A stretch of 39,351 nucleotides of DNA. It comes from an uncultured Candidatus Saccharibacteria bacterium (GTDB lineage: Bacteria > Patescibacteriota > Saccharimonadia > Saccharimonadales > Saccharimonadaceae). The DNA is taken from contig CALEGA010000003.1 in assembly GCA_937876715.1 (NCBI GenBank), positions 1-39,351 on the forward strand, read 5' to 3'. This document shows positions 1 to 12,200 of this stretch, piece by piece (positions within the stretch are counted from its first letter, which is position 1; each line of letters starts with the position of its first letter). The notes under the pieces were generated by a model, which was not told where the DNA came from, ran no database searches, and worked only from the letters and a program-made list of their open reading frames with translations. The position numbers and the translations under genes are program-made.

Positions 1-91
1 AATGAAATGGCGGCCCGGAAAAATATTCCGGGTCACCTGTTTTTTTTAATTAGTTACATTCGGGAACAAGGGGTCCTTCGAGTTCTTTTAC

Positions 92-1321
92 GACAAAGAA
101 TTTGCCGAAAAATTCGACCTCCCCGTCGTCGAAATCACCAAAGTCCCCGAAAAACCGTTCGGCACACCAAAAACCACTTACCGAATGCGCGATTGGCTCA
201 TTTCTCGCCAACGCTACTGGGGTTGCCCAATTCCTGTCGCTTATGACAAAGACGGCAACGTCCACCCTATCCCCGAAGACCAACTCCCCGTGATGATTCC
301 CGAAGTCGAAGATTTTAAGCCCGACAACTCCGGTCGCTCCGCACTTGCCAAGGCAACCGATTGGCTTAATTGTGAAATCGACGGCGAGGAAATGATCCGC
401 GAAACTGACACGCTCGACGGCTACGCCTGCTCCTCGTGGTATCTCTGGCGCTACGCCTCCCCCCACGACGCCGCCCACGCTTGGCATCCCGAAAAAATCA
501 AATACTGGGAACCACTCGACGTTTACTGTGGTGGCGACCACGCCGTGGCACACCTCCTCTACATCCGCTTCTGGTGCAAATTCTTCGCCGACGAAGGCAA
601 ACTACCTTTCCGCGAACCTATCGTCAAGCTCCTTTATAACGGCTACATCAACGCTCCCGACGGCAAAAAAATGTCCAAGTCTAAGGGCAACGTGATCGAC
701 CCGCTCGACGTCATCAACGACGGCTACGGCGCCGACACTCTTCGCACTTACGAAATGTTCATCGGTCCCTACGACCAAGATGCCGCGTGGAATCCCCGCA
801 GTGTTGGCGGCGTTTATCGCTTCTTGAACCGCTGCTGGACGCTCGTCTTCGAAAAAGAATTTGATCAAAAGTCTAAAAATCTCAATCTCTTAAACAAAAC
901 CATCAAAAAAGTCACCGAAGACATCGAGCGCGCATCATTCAACACCGCCATCAGCACTTTGATGGAATACGTCAACGAGCTCTACAAAGTCGGCGCCTCC
1001 GAAGAAGACCTTGTCATCCTCGCCAAGCTCCTCAAACCTTTCGCGCCTCACCTCGCCTCGGAAATGCTCGAACAGCTTAAAGCCGACGACGCCTGGCCCG
1101 CTTACGACGAAAAACATCTCGTCGAAGACCTCGTCGAAATCGTCGTCCAAGTCAACGGCAAACTCCGTGCCAAGCTTAAAGTCCCGACCGAAGACCTGTC
1201 CGACGAACAAAAAATCGTCGATTTAGCACTCGCTAACTCCAACGTTCAAAAATTCGTCAGCGGCAATATCAAGAAAACTATCTACATTCCAAAAGCCAAA
1301 CTCTTAAACATCGTTGCGTAA
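92..1321 (+). CDS. leuS: Leucine--tRNA ligase, C-terminal part (5' truncated)
   Basis: RDWLISRQRYWG, RETDTLD, HAVAHLLY, KMSKS and VQVNGKLR motifs. The frame stays LeuRS-like upstream of ATG 185 back to ~92 (DKEFAEKFDLPVV). Confidence 0.97.
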   Translation, partial: DKEFAEKFDLPVVEITKVPEKPFGTPKTTYRMRDWLISRQRYWGCPIPVAYDKDGNVHPIPEDQLPVMIPEVEDFKPDNSGRSALAKATDWLNCEIDGEEMIRETDTLDGYACSSWYLWRYASPHDAAHAWHPEKIKYWEPLDVYCGGDHAVAHLLYIRFWCKFFADEGKLPFREPIVKLLYNGYINAPDGKKMSKSKGNVIDPLDVINDGYGADTLRTYEMFIGPYDQDAAWNPRSVGGVYRFLNRCWTLVFEKEFDQKSKNLNLLNKTIKKVTEDIERASFNTAISTLMEYVNELYKVGASEEDLVILAKLLKPFAPHLASEMLEQLKADDAWPAYDEKHLVEDLVEIVVQVNGKLRAKLKVPTEDLSDEQKIVDLALANSNVQKFVSGNIKKTIYIPKAKLLNIVA

Positions 1322-1373
1322 AAGCAAAAAACGTGATATTATAGTCCAAAGTATCTATTATTAAAGGAGCTAT

Positions 1374-1616
1374 ATGCCTGAACCTAAAAAACAGAGCAGC
1401 CCGCGCAAAACCGGTCTTCGCAGGAGCCACATCCGCCTCGACCTCGCCCGTGCTGTTAATAAAGTTTCCCCTGTCAAAGCTTTTGAGACCAAGAAAAAGA
1501 CTCCTCGCGTCAAGGTAAAAACTGTCAAACCTGCGAAGTCCACTTCTGTCAAAGCAGCTAAAAAAGCCGCCACAAAAGCCAAACTCGCTAAAAAATCTAA
1601 CGCAAAGAAGAAATAA
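1374..1616 (+). CDS. rpmF: 50S ribosomal protein bL32, Cys-free, with Lys/Ala-rich C-terminal tail
   Basis: N-terminal [16 protein letters not shown] matches the bL32 PK(R/K)..S..R...RR.H pattern; AAGGAG SD upstream. Confidence 0.8.
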   Translation: MPEPKKQSSPRKTGLRRSHIRLDLARAVNKVSPVKAFETKKKTPRVKVKTVKPAKSTSVKAAKKAATKAKLAKKSNAKKK

Positions 1617-1618
1617 CG

Positions 1619-2152
1619 ATGGCTTCAAATCGGCACCTAGGCAGAATCATATCACTCCAAAGCTTGTATGAATACGAGTTTCGGAGCAAGGCGGGCGACG
1701 CCACAGCCGACATTGACCATATCGTCGCAAAAAACATCCTCCCCTACGAAAAGGCGCTCGGCGACACCGAGTTCGTTTACGCCCTTTCTCGTGGTGTGGC
1801 AGAAAGAATCGAAGAACTTGACGCCGACCTCACCCCGCTCGCGCCAGAATGGCCCATCGCGACCATCGCCGCTATCGACCGCAACGTCCTCCGGATTGGT
1901 CTCTACGAGTTAAAACACTGTAGCGACAAAGTCCCTCCCAAGGTCGCCATCAACGAAGCCGTCGAGCTTGCGAAAGCTTTTGGCTCCGAAAACTCTTCAA
2001 AGTTCATTAACGGTGTCCTCGGCACCGCCTATAAAAACCTCGGCTTCAAAGACACCGAGCCTAAGCAAAATCATGAATCAAAACCGAAAGCCGGCGCCTC
2101 GTCGAGCGACCAGCCCAACGAAGAAAGCGCCTCTGAGCCGAAAGGGAAGTAA
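1619..2152 (+). CDS. nusB: Transcription antitermination factor NusB
   Basis: [37 protein letters not shown] and KFINGVLG motifs. Confidence 0.96.
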   Translation: MASNRHLGRIISLQSLYEYEFRSKAGDATADIDHIVAKNILPYEKALGDTEFVYALSRGVAERIEELDADLTPLAPEWPIATIAAIDRNVLRIGLYELKHCSDKVPPKVAINEAVELAKAFGSENSSKFINGVLGTAYKNLGFKDTEPKQNHESKPKAGASSSDQPNEESASEPKGK

Positions 2153-2681
2153 CCTCAAAGTTCCGGAAGCTCTCCCCAAAGAGTACCGACCCTCCCCAAT
2201 CGACAAGTTCAAGGAAACCGTCTTCCGCAAAAAGCCGGTTATCCAAGAAATCGTCCGCGAACCGACCGCCGGTGGCATTGTTTTTCGCCTTTCCAAAGAC
2301 CGCAAAGACATCGAAATCCTCTTAATTCAAGACAGCAAAAACCGCTGGACTATCCCCAAAGGTCATATCGAACCCGGCGAAACCGCCAAACAAACCGCCA
2401 TCCGCGAAATCGGCGAGGAAGCGGGTCTTTTCCATATCAATACACTGTGTTGGCTTGGAAAAATCCACTTCAAATACCGTCGCCTCGATAAGCTCGTCCT
2501 GATGACCACCCAAATCTACCTCGTCCACTCCCTCGACCCCCGCGAAACCCCGACCAAGGAAAAATGGATGAACGGCATCAAGTGGTTTAAGTTCGCCGAG
2601 GCACTCGACGCCATCGAATATGACGACATCGAAAAACTTATGTTAATAGCAAAAAAGAAAATCCGCTCAGGAGAATACTAA
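2073..2681 (+). CDS. NUDIX hydrolase
   Basis: Nudix box [25 protein letters not shown] 2073 is the likely start and overlaps the nusB 3' end by 80 nt; start uncertain. Confidence 0.9.
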   Translation: MNQNRKPAPRRATSPTKKAPLSRKGSNLKVPEALPKEYRPSPIDKFKETVFRKKPVIQEIVREPTAGGIVFRLSKDRKDIEILLIQDSKNRWTIPKGHIEPGETAKQTAIREIGEEAGLFHINTLCWLGKIHFKYRRLDKLVLMTTQIYLVHSLDPRETPTKEKWMNGIKWFKFAEALDAIEYDDIEKLMLIAKKKIRSGEY

Positions 2682-2682
2682 A

Positions 2683-3435
2683 TTGGATACAAAACCCTAT
2701 CAAGAATTTGCCGAAGCAAAACTCGGCCTCAAATTTAACGACATCAACCTCCTCATCGTCGCTTTAACACACCGGAGCTATGTCAACGAGCACAAAAAAT
2801 CCCACCTCGAACACAACGAGCGTCTCGAATATCTCGGCGACGCCGTCCTCGAACTCGTGACGAGCGACTTCCTCTACCGCAACTACGAAGAACCCGAGGG
2901 TGTGATGACCGCCTGGCGCTCCGCGCTCGTCCGCACCGAGTCCATCAGCGACGCCGGCTACAAGCTCGGCTACGAACCACTCGTCCGCCTTTCCCGCGGC
3001 GAACAACAAGGCGTTGACCGCGCTCACGCCGTCATCATCGCCGATTGTTTCGAGGCCGTTATCGGCGCCATCTACCTCGACCAAGGTTACGAAACCGCCA
3101 AAAACTTCATCTATGAGCACATTCTCTCCAAAATGAACGAAATGCTCGAAGAAGAATCGTGGCGCGACCCGAAGTCCTACTTCCAAGAGCTCACTCAAAA
3201 ATACGAAGCAGAAACCCCTGCCTATCGCACGATTAAAGAAGATGGTCCCGACCACAATAAAACTTTCACCGTCGCCGTCTATGTCGGCAAATCTCTCATC
3301 GCCTCTGCCACTGGTCACTCCAAACAAGAGGCGCAAACCATCGCCGCCAAACAGGGCATTAAAATCTACAAGAAAAAATACGCCGCCGCCCTCAAAGCCG
3401 AAGCAAAATTCGACAAATTAACCTCGGTAAATTAA
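2683..3435 (+). CDS. rnc: Ribonuclease III
   Basis: ALTHRSY, NERLEYLGDAVL, ADCFEAVIGAIYLD and a C-terminal dsRBD (DPKSYFQE, GPDH, SKQEAQ). TTG start. Confidence 0.97.
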   Translation: MDTKPYQEFAEAKLGLKFNDINLLIVALTHRSYVNEHKKSHLEHNERLEYLGDAVLELVTSDFLYRNYEEPEGVMTAWRSALVRTESISDAGYKLGYEPLVRLSRGEQQGVDRAHAVIIADCFEAVIGAIYLDQGYETAKNFIYEHILSKMNEMLEEESWRDPKSYFQELTQKYEAETPAYRTIKEDGPDHNKTFTVAVYVGKSLIASATGHSKQEAQTIAAKQGIKIYKKKYAAALKAEAKFDKLTSVN

Positions 3436-3438
3436 GTC

Positions 3439-3467
3439 TTGACAAGCCAAGCGTTTTCGCTTATACT
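3439..3467 (+). promoter_or_regulatory. Sigma70 promoter with no long ORF before the next promoter
   Basis: TTGACA (3439-3444), 17 nt, TATACT (3462-3467). Confidence 0.75.
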
Positions 3468-3472
3468 CAATA

Positions 3473-3577
3473 TAGTTTGTAATCACAAACTGCGAGATCA
3501 TCTTTACACAATAAGAAGTTGAGAGCTTATATGTTCAAAAATCCACGCGTCGGCTAACGGGTGGCATTTTTGGTTTC
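3473..3577 (+). ncRNA. Candidate ~100-nt structured small RNA, family unknown
   Basis: Starts with hairpin TAGTTTGT-aatc-ACAAACTG at the predicted TSS and ends with stem CAAAAATCCAC...GTGGCATTTTTG. Confidence 0.4.
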
Positions 3578-3591
3578 ACTCCTGACACATA

Positions 3592-3620
3592 TTGACTTTT
3601 TATAGAACTTATGCTATAAT
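3592..3620 (+). promoter_or_regulatory. Sigma70 promoter for orphan gene 3665
   Basis: TTGACT, 17 nt, TG-C-TATAAT. Confidence 0.8.
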
Positions 3621-3664
3621 AAAAGTATACATTTCGACAAAAACAGGATAGGAGGGGATCAACT

Positions 3665-4159
3665 ATGTCGAAAATGTCCGAACTTTCCATTGAACTTCAG
3701 GAAAACCCAGTACGTTCTGCTCCGACCGAAACCTACAAGTCTGCCCTTGGGCCTTCACCCGTAGACATCTGGCCCAATTATTGGCGCCTCTGTCTTGCTG
3801 CTGTTGACGCCGCCGGCGATCTCGCCAGCAAAGACAAGCTGTTGATGAACTTCCGCGACAAAGCAAAAGCCTTTAACGTTAGACCCGTCATCGAAAAATA
3901 CTACGGCGGCGATGTTACCAACCTTAAAGTTGCCCGCGATGAAGCCGCCAAAGATTTCTTCAAGGCCATTGACAGTATCAACTGGTTCGCCCGTCGAAAC
4001 AATCTCGATCAAGTCTCCGCCATGAAACTCATGGGCATCCTAGAAGACGAGAAAAACCGCGGAAAATTCCGGCACCACATCAGGCGCCACCTCGAAGACA
4101 ACCACCCGCCTTTCGAACTTGATGAACTTCCCGACCGTGACTTCCGCAAATCCCGCTAA
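3665..4159 (+). CDS. Hypothetical protein (164 aa)
   Basis: Own promoter, GGAGG SD, host-like codon usage and a terminator overlapping the stop. No recognisable motif. Confidence 0.8.
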   Translation: MSKMSELSIELQENPVRSAPTETYKSALGPSPVDIWPNYWRLCLAAVDAAGDLASKDKLLMNFRDKAKAFNVRPVIEKYYGGDVTNLKVARDEAAKDFFKAIDSINWFARRNNLDQVSAMKLMGILEDEKNRGKFRHHIRRHLEDNHPPFELDELPDRDFRKSR

Positions 4160-4172
4160 CCGCGGGATTTTT
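4148..4172 (+). terminator. Intrinsic terminator
   Basis: AAATCCCGC-taacc-GCGGGATTT followed by T run. Confidence 0.8.
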
Positions 4173-4173
4173 C

Positions 4174-4202
4174 TTGCCAAAAACAGAAAAATGGTGTAAA
4201 AT
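4174..4202 (+). promoter_or_regulatory. rpsP promoter
   Basis: TTGCCA, 17 nt, TAAAAT, directly after the terminator T-tract. Confidence 0.7.
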
Positions 4203-4234
4203 ATAACCTATTAAAATTTAAAGGAGAAAATCCC

Positions 4235-4588
4235 ATGCTCGCGATTCGTATGCAGCGTAATGGCCGTGCACATACCCCTGTGTATCGGATAGTCGTCCAA
4301 GAATCCCAGCGTCACCCTCTTTCTGGGCGCGTTGTGGCTGAGGTCGGCAACTACAACCCAGAAACCAAAAAGACCGTCCTCGACAAAGAAAAAATCGAGT
4401 TCTATCTCAAGAACGGCGCCCAACCTTCTTCTCGCGTCGCTTTCGTCTTAGAAAAGAACGGCATCAAGTTACCAAAATGGTACAAGCCGGCGCCAAAGAA
4501 GTCTGCTAAGGCAAAACACGCCGACAAGCTCCGCAAGAACCAACCGAAGGAAGAATCTACCCCTGCGGAAGAAACCCCAGCCGAATAA
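4235..4588 (+). CDS. rpsP: 30S ribosomal protein bS16 with C-terminal extension
   Basis: MLAIRMQRNG, PVYRIVV, EVGNYNP and NGAQPS motifs. Confidence 0.96.
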   Translation: MLAIRMQRNGRAHTPVYRIVVQESQRHPLSGRVVAEVGNYNPETKKTVLDKEKIEFYLKNGAQPSSRVAFVLEKNGIKLPKWYKPAPKKSAKAKHADKLRKNQPKEESTPAEETPAE

Positions 4589-4590
4589 TT

Positions 4591-4716
4591 AAAAGGGCTA
4601 TTTGAATCTTTCGAAACCGTGTCCCGAAATTTTTACGAAAATTTCGAAGTGAACGAACCCCGCAACGGCGGGCGTGAGTGAACGGGGTTGAGAAAGATTG
4701 CAAATAGTCCTTTTTT
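4591..4716. repeat. 126-nt multi-stem palindromic element (REP/MITE-like or structured RNA)
   Basis: Outer stem AAAAGGGCTATTTG-AATCTTTC / GAAAGATT-G-CAAATAGTCCTTTT; inner hairpins CGAAATTTT-tacg-AAAATTTCG and CCCGC-aacg-GCGGG. Confidence 0.65.
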
Positions 4717-4770
4717 ATGTTATTATTAGACAATAGGTTATTCCTAAGAAAAATAAGGGGGATTTTAACA

Positions 4771-5253
4771 ATGTCGAATCACGGTAATCGCAACTCTAAG
4801 ATGCCCGATATTTCGCCGAAACCCCGCCAGGATTTCAGCGTCAGGGATCGCACCGTCGCCATTATGGTTCTTGCCGCGCTTATCGCCATCATCGCCCTCG
4901 CCATCGGCGCTTTTGGCGTCCACGACACCAAGTCGGTCGAAAAGGCGCTCGCAGAAATTGACCAAGAAAAAGCCGACCAGTTCGCCAATTTCAAGACCAA
5001 GCTGACCGAACTCGACGACCGCGAAAAAGAGCTCAACACTCGCGAGACCAAACTCAACACCCAAGAGACCGACCTCAAGACCCGCGAAGAAGCTCTCGCC
5101 GTCGAGCAAGATGAACTAGCGACCGAAAAAGAAGAGTTCCGCGCCCGCACCTTACGCGTCCGCGACCTCTGTTACCAACTCTTCAGCGAAATCGACGCCG
5201 AATTTCCCATCCAATCTGTCGTCGAAGACATTGACCTTGACACCGAAGAATAA
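4771..5253 (+). CDS. Hypothetical membrane-anchored coiled-coil protein
   Basis: One TM helix (VAIMVLAALIAIIALAIGAFGV) followed by heptad repeats; AAGGGG SD before ATG 4771. Confidence 0.8.
   Translation: MSNHGNRNSKMPDISPKPRQDFSVRDRTVAIMVLAALIAIIALAIGAFGVHDTKSVEKALAEIDQEKADQFANFKTKLTELDDREKELNTRETKLNTQETDLKTREEALAVEQDELATEKEEFRARTLRVRDLCYQLFSEIDAEFPIQSVVEDIDLDTEE
5023..5085 (+). repeat. Three imperfect 21-nt tandem repeats encoding heptads
   Basis: gaaaaagagctcaacactcgc / gagaccaaactcaacacccaa / gagaccgacctcaagacccgc (EKELNTR/ETKLNTQ/ETDLKTR). Confidence 0.7.
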
Positions 5254-5259
5254 CCTCCC

Positions 5260-5281
5260 ACCCCGCTAAAAGCGGGGTTTT
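5260..5281 (+). terminator. Intrinsic terminator
   Basis: ACCCCGCT-aaa-AGCGGGGT-TTT. Confidence 0.8.
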
Positions 5282-5336
5282 CTATTTTTAAGCATTTGTG
5301 ATAATATATTATATATAACTTAATATGGAGAAAACA

Positions 5337-5705
5337 ATGGCTACCATTGACCAACAATTTGTCGAATATATCGTCAAAACCCTCGTAAATAGTCCCGAAA
5401 AAGTCGTAGTTGAACGCAAGATTGATGAAAAAGGCGTCCTGCTCACCCTCTCTGTTGACCCACTTGACGTTGGTCGCGTCATTGGTAAACGCGGCGCCAC
5501 TGCGCAAAGCATCCGCACGCTCCTCCGCGCCCTCGGCACGAAGAACGACGCCCGCTACAACCTCAAAATCATCAACAACGATGGCGGCGAACCTGCCGAA
5601 GCCGAAGCTCCGGTCAACAAGCCGAACGTTGACGAAGAGCCAGGCGACGACCTCGCGGAAAAAACCCGCGCCGAACTCGCCGACCTTGACGACCTCGACA
5701 TCTAA
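5337..5705 (+). CDS. khpA: KH-domain RNA-binding protein (KhpA/YlqC family)
   Basis: D.GRVIGKRGATAQSIRTLL GxxG KH motif; sits downstream of rpsP; GGAG SD before ATG 5337. Confidence 0.92.
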   Translation: MATIDQQFVEYIVKTLVNSPEKVVVERKIDEKGVLLTLSVDPLDVGRVIGKRGATAQSIRTLLRALGTKNDARYNLKIINNDGGEPAEAEAPVNKPNVDEEPGDDLAEKTRAELADLDDLDI

Positions 5706-5710
5706 CTCAA

Positions 5711-5733
5711 AGCCTCCCGCGCGGAGGCTTTTT
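5711..5733 (+). terminator. Intrinsic terminator
   Basis: AGCCTCC-cgcgc-GGAGGCT-TTTT. Confidence 0.8.
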
Positions 5734-5750
5734 AATGCCAAAAATCCCTC

Positions 5751-5779
5751 TTGCAAAATCTTGTCAAATAGATTAAAAT
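5751..5779 (+). promoter_or_regulatory. rpoBC promoter
   Basis: TTGCAA, 17 nt, TAAAAT. Confidence 0.7.
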
Positions 5780-5791
5780 AAGCTACAAGAA

Positions 5792-5877
5792 GCAGTGTGC
5801 CAATTTTTTGGCGTTGGTGAAGGCACGGCGAACCTCACCATAAAAATCTGGCAGTAATCTTCGGCGCTAAAAACTGC
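5792..5877 (+). promoter_or_regulatory. Structured rpoB 5' leader
   Basis: Pairings GCAGT/ACTGC, TTTTTGGCGTT/GGCGCTAAAAA, TGGTGA/TCACCA and TGCCA/TGGCA. Confidence 0.5.
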
Positions 5878-5909
5878 AATACTAATTTAATGTAGAGAAA
5901 AGGAATTTC

Positions 5910-9278
<3,369 letters not shown>

Positions 9279-9279
9279 T

Positions 9280-12200
9280 ATGGCTTGGGCAGATAATTAT
9301 ATTAGCGCCAGCGATTTCGACTCGATTCGCTTAAGCGTCGCCTCCGCCGCTGACATCCTGAACTGGAGCTACGGCGAAGTCACCAAACCAGAAACTATTA
9401 ACTACCGCACCCAAAAACCCGAACGCGACGGCTTGTTCTGCGAACGGATTTTCGGCCCGGTCAAAGACATCAACCCGCACGATGCCAAGCTCAAGGGCGT
9501 CCGCTCGCGCGAAGCTGCTGTCGATAAAGAAGGCAACCTCGTCACCAAGAGTATCACCCGCCGCGAACGTATGGGGCACATCACCCTCGCCGCGCCGGTT
9601 ACCCACATCTGGTTTATGCGCGGTACGCCGTCCGCTCTTTCGATTCTCCTTGACCTCACCGTCAAGAACATCGAAAAAGTAATTTACTTCGCCACTTACC
9701 TCGTCACTTCCGCGAAAGACGAAGAAATCGAAAAGGTCAAGGAAGACCTCGAAGCGCAAACTGAAGCCGCTCGTCAAGCTATCCAAGTCCGCTACGACAA
9801 AGAATCTAACGTTGACGGCGCCAACGTCAAGGCTCTCGCCGAAGCTCGCACCAAGGAGCTTGAAGAACTCGACGCCGACTACGTCAAACGCAAAACTTAT
9901 CTCGACAGCTTCCACAAAGGCGCCGTGATTAGTGAAGTTGACTATCGCAATCTTCCTGAAGAATACGAAGATTTGATTGAGGTCGGTATGGGCGCCACCG
10001 CCATCAAGAAGCTTCTCGACGAAATCGACCTCGACCTCCTCATCAACACCTTGAAAGAAGAGTCGGAAACCGCCAAGGGTCAAAAGGCAAAGAAAATCAC
10101 TAAGCGCCTCAAGATTCTCGAGGGTATGCAATCCGCCGGTATTAAGCCGAACGACCTCGTTCTCACGGTCATTCCGGTCATTCCTCCGGATCTCCGCCCG
10201 ATGATTTCTCTCCCAGGCGGTCGTTTCGCTACGTCCGACTTGAACGACCTCTACCGTCGCGTCATTAACCGTAACAACCGCTTGAAAAAGTTGCTCGACC
10301 TTAACGCGCCGGAAGTGATTTGCCGCAACGAAATGCGTATGCTCCAAGAAGCAGTTGACGCTCTCATCGACAACTCCGCCTCTCACGGCAACCGCACCGC
10401 CGCTACCCAAAACGGTCGTCGCAAGCTTAAATCCCTCTCTGACCTCCTCAAAGGTAAACAGGGTCGCTTCCGCCAGAACTTGCTCGGTAAGCGCGTTGAC
10501 TACTCCGGTCGTTCGGTTATCGTTGTCGGTCCGGAACTCAAGCTCAACGAATGCGGTCTCCCAAAGCAAATGGCGCTCGAGCTCTTTAAACCGTTCGTCA
10601 TCAGCTGGCTGATTGGTCACGAATACGCCGCCAACATCCGCGCCGCTTCTCGTATGATTGAAGCCGCCGACGCCGTGGTTTGGGATGCACTTGACGACGT
10701 CATTCAAGGTCGCTATGTCCTTCTTAACCGCGCTCCGTCTCTCCACCGTCTCTCTGTTCAGGCTTTCCAACCTAAGCTCATCGACGGTAAAGCTATCCAA
10801 CTCCACCCGCTCGTGGCTAGCGGTTTCAATGCCGACTACGATGGTGACCAAATGGCGGTTCACCTCCCACTTTCCGACGCCGCTCAGGCTGAGGCTCGCG
10901 AACTGATGTCCGCCACCAAGAACCTCTTGAAGCCCGCCGACGGCGCACCTGTGCTCGCGATTTATCAGGACGTTGTCCTTGGTATCTACTACCTCACTTA
11001 CAACAAGCCAGGTACCGACACCAACAAAGTCCACGCTTTCTCCAGCATCTACGAGGCAGAAATGGCTTATGACAAGGGTCTCATCGCTCTCCAAACGCCA
11101 ATCCGCGTCTTCGCTAAGAAAGAAATTCGCAATACCACCCTTGGTCGCGTTATCTTCAACGAAATCCTCCCCGAGGATTATCCGTTCGATAACTCCGTCC
11201 AAACTTCGAAGCAGCTCAAGAAAGTTATGGCAGACATCTTCGACGTCTATGGCCCAGAAATGACCGTCAAGACCGCCGACGCTGTCAAGAACCTCGCCTT
11301 TGAATACGAGACTATCGCCTCTGTTTCCACCGCGAAAGACGACTATCCGACTTATCCGGAAATCGCCGACTTCATCGCCGAGGGCGACGCCACCACTGCT
11401 CAGATTCAAGACCAGTTCAACCAAGGTCTCTTGACCGAAGAAGAACGCAAAAACCTCACGGTCAAAACTTGGCGCAACATCGACGATCGCATTTCGACCT
11501 TCCTTAAGGATAAACTTGCCGAACTCGACACCGACATCGCTGTTATGGTCAACTCCGGCGCTCGTGGTTCCGTCTCCAACATCAAGCTCGCTTCCGCGGA
11601 AATCGGCATTATGGTCGATATTAACAACAACGAAATCGAGCTCCCGGTCAAATCTTCCTATAAACAAGGTTTGAACACGCTGGAATCCTTCATCGCTACT
11701 CGTGGCGCCCGCCAAGGTCAGGTCTCTACGGCTCTCCGTACCGCCGACTCTGGTTACCTCACTCGCCGTCTCGTTGACGTCGCCCAAGACGTCTTCACGA
11801 CCGACGAAGAGGCTTACGACCCAGGCTTCGCCGTCTATAAGTACGAAACCGAAGAAACCGGCATCGACTTCCACGTCCGCATCGCTGGTCGCTACACCGC
11901 CGAAGCAATTCCAGGCTACCTCGAAGCCGACCAACTCATCACGCCTGAACTTGCCGCTCAACTCGAGGCTGACGACAAAATTGAGTCCGTCAAGATTCAA
12001 TCCGTCCTCACCACTACCGCAGTTAACGGCGTTCCGCGCAAGGCTTACGGCGTCGATATGTCCACTCGTGAACTCGTCGAAGCTAACCAACCAGTTGGCG
12101 TCATCGCTGCACAATCCCTCGGCGAGCCAGGTACGCAGCTTACGCTCGACACTAAGCACGGCTCCGGCGTCGCTGGTTCTGGTGCTATCGCCCGCGGTCT

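Noticed and set aside
1..91. ORFs at 7..246 and 50..553, and an apparent 5' disruption of leuS
   Set aside because: The first ~90 nt do not encode LeuRS-like sequence and contain homopolymer runs. They look like a low-quality read end or vector/chimeric sequence rather than biology.
5023..5085. CRISPR-like repeat
   Set aside because: These are contiguous in-frame 21-nt coding repeats with no spacers and no cas genes.
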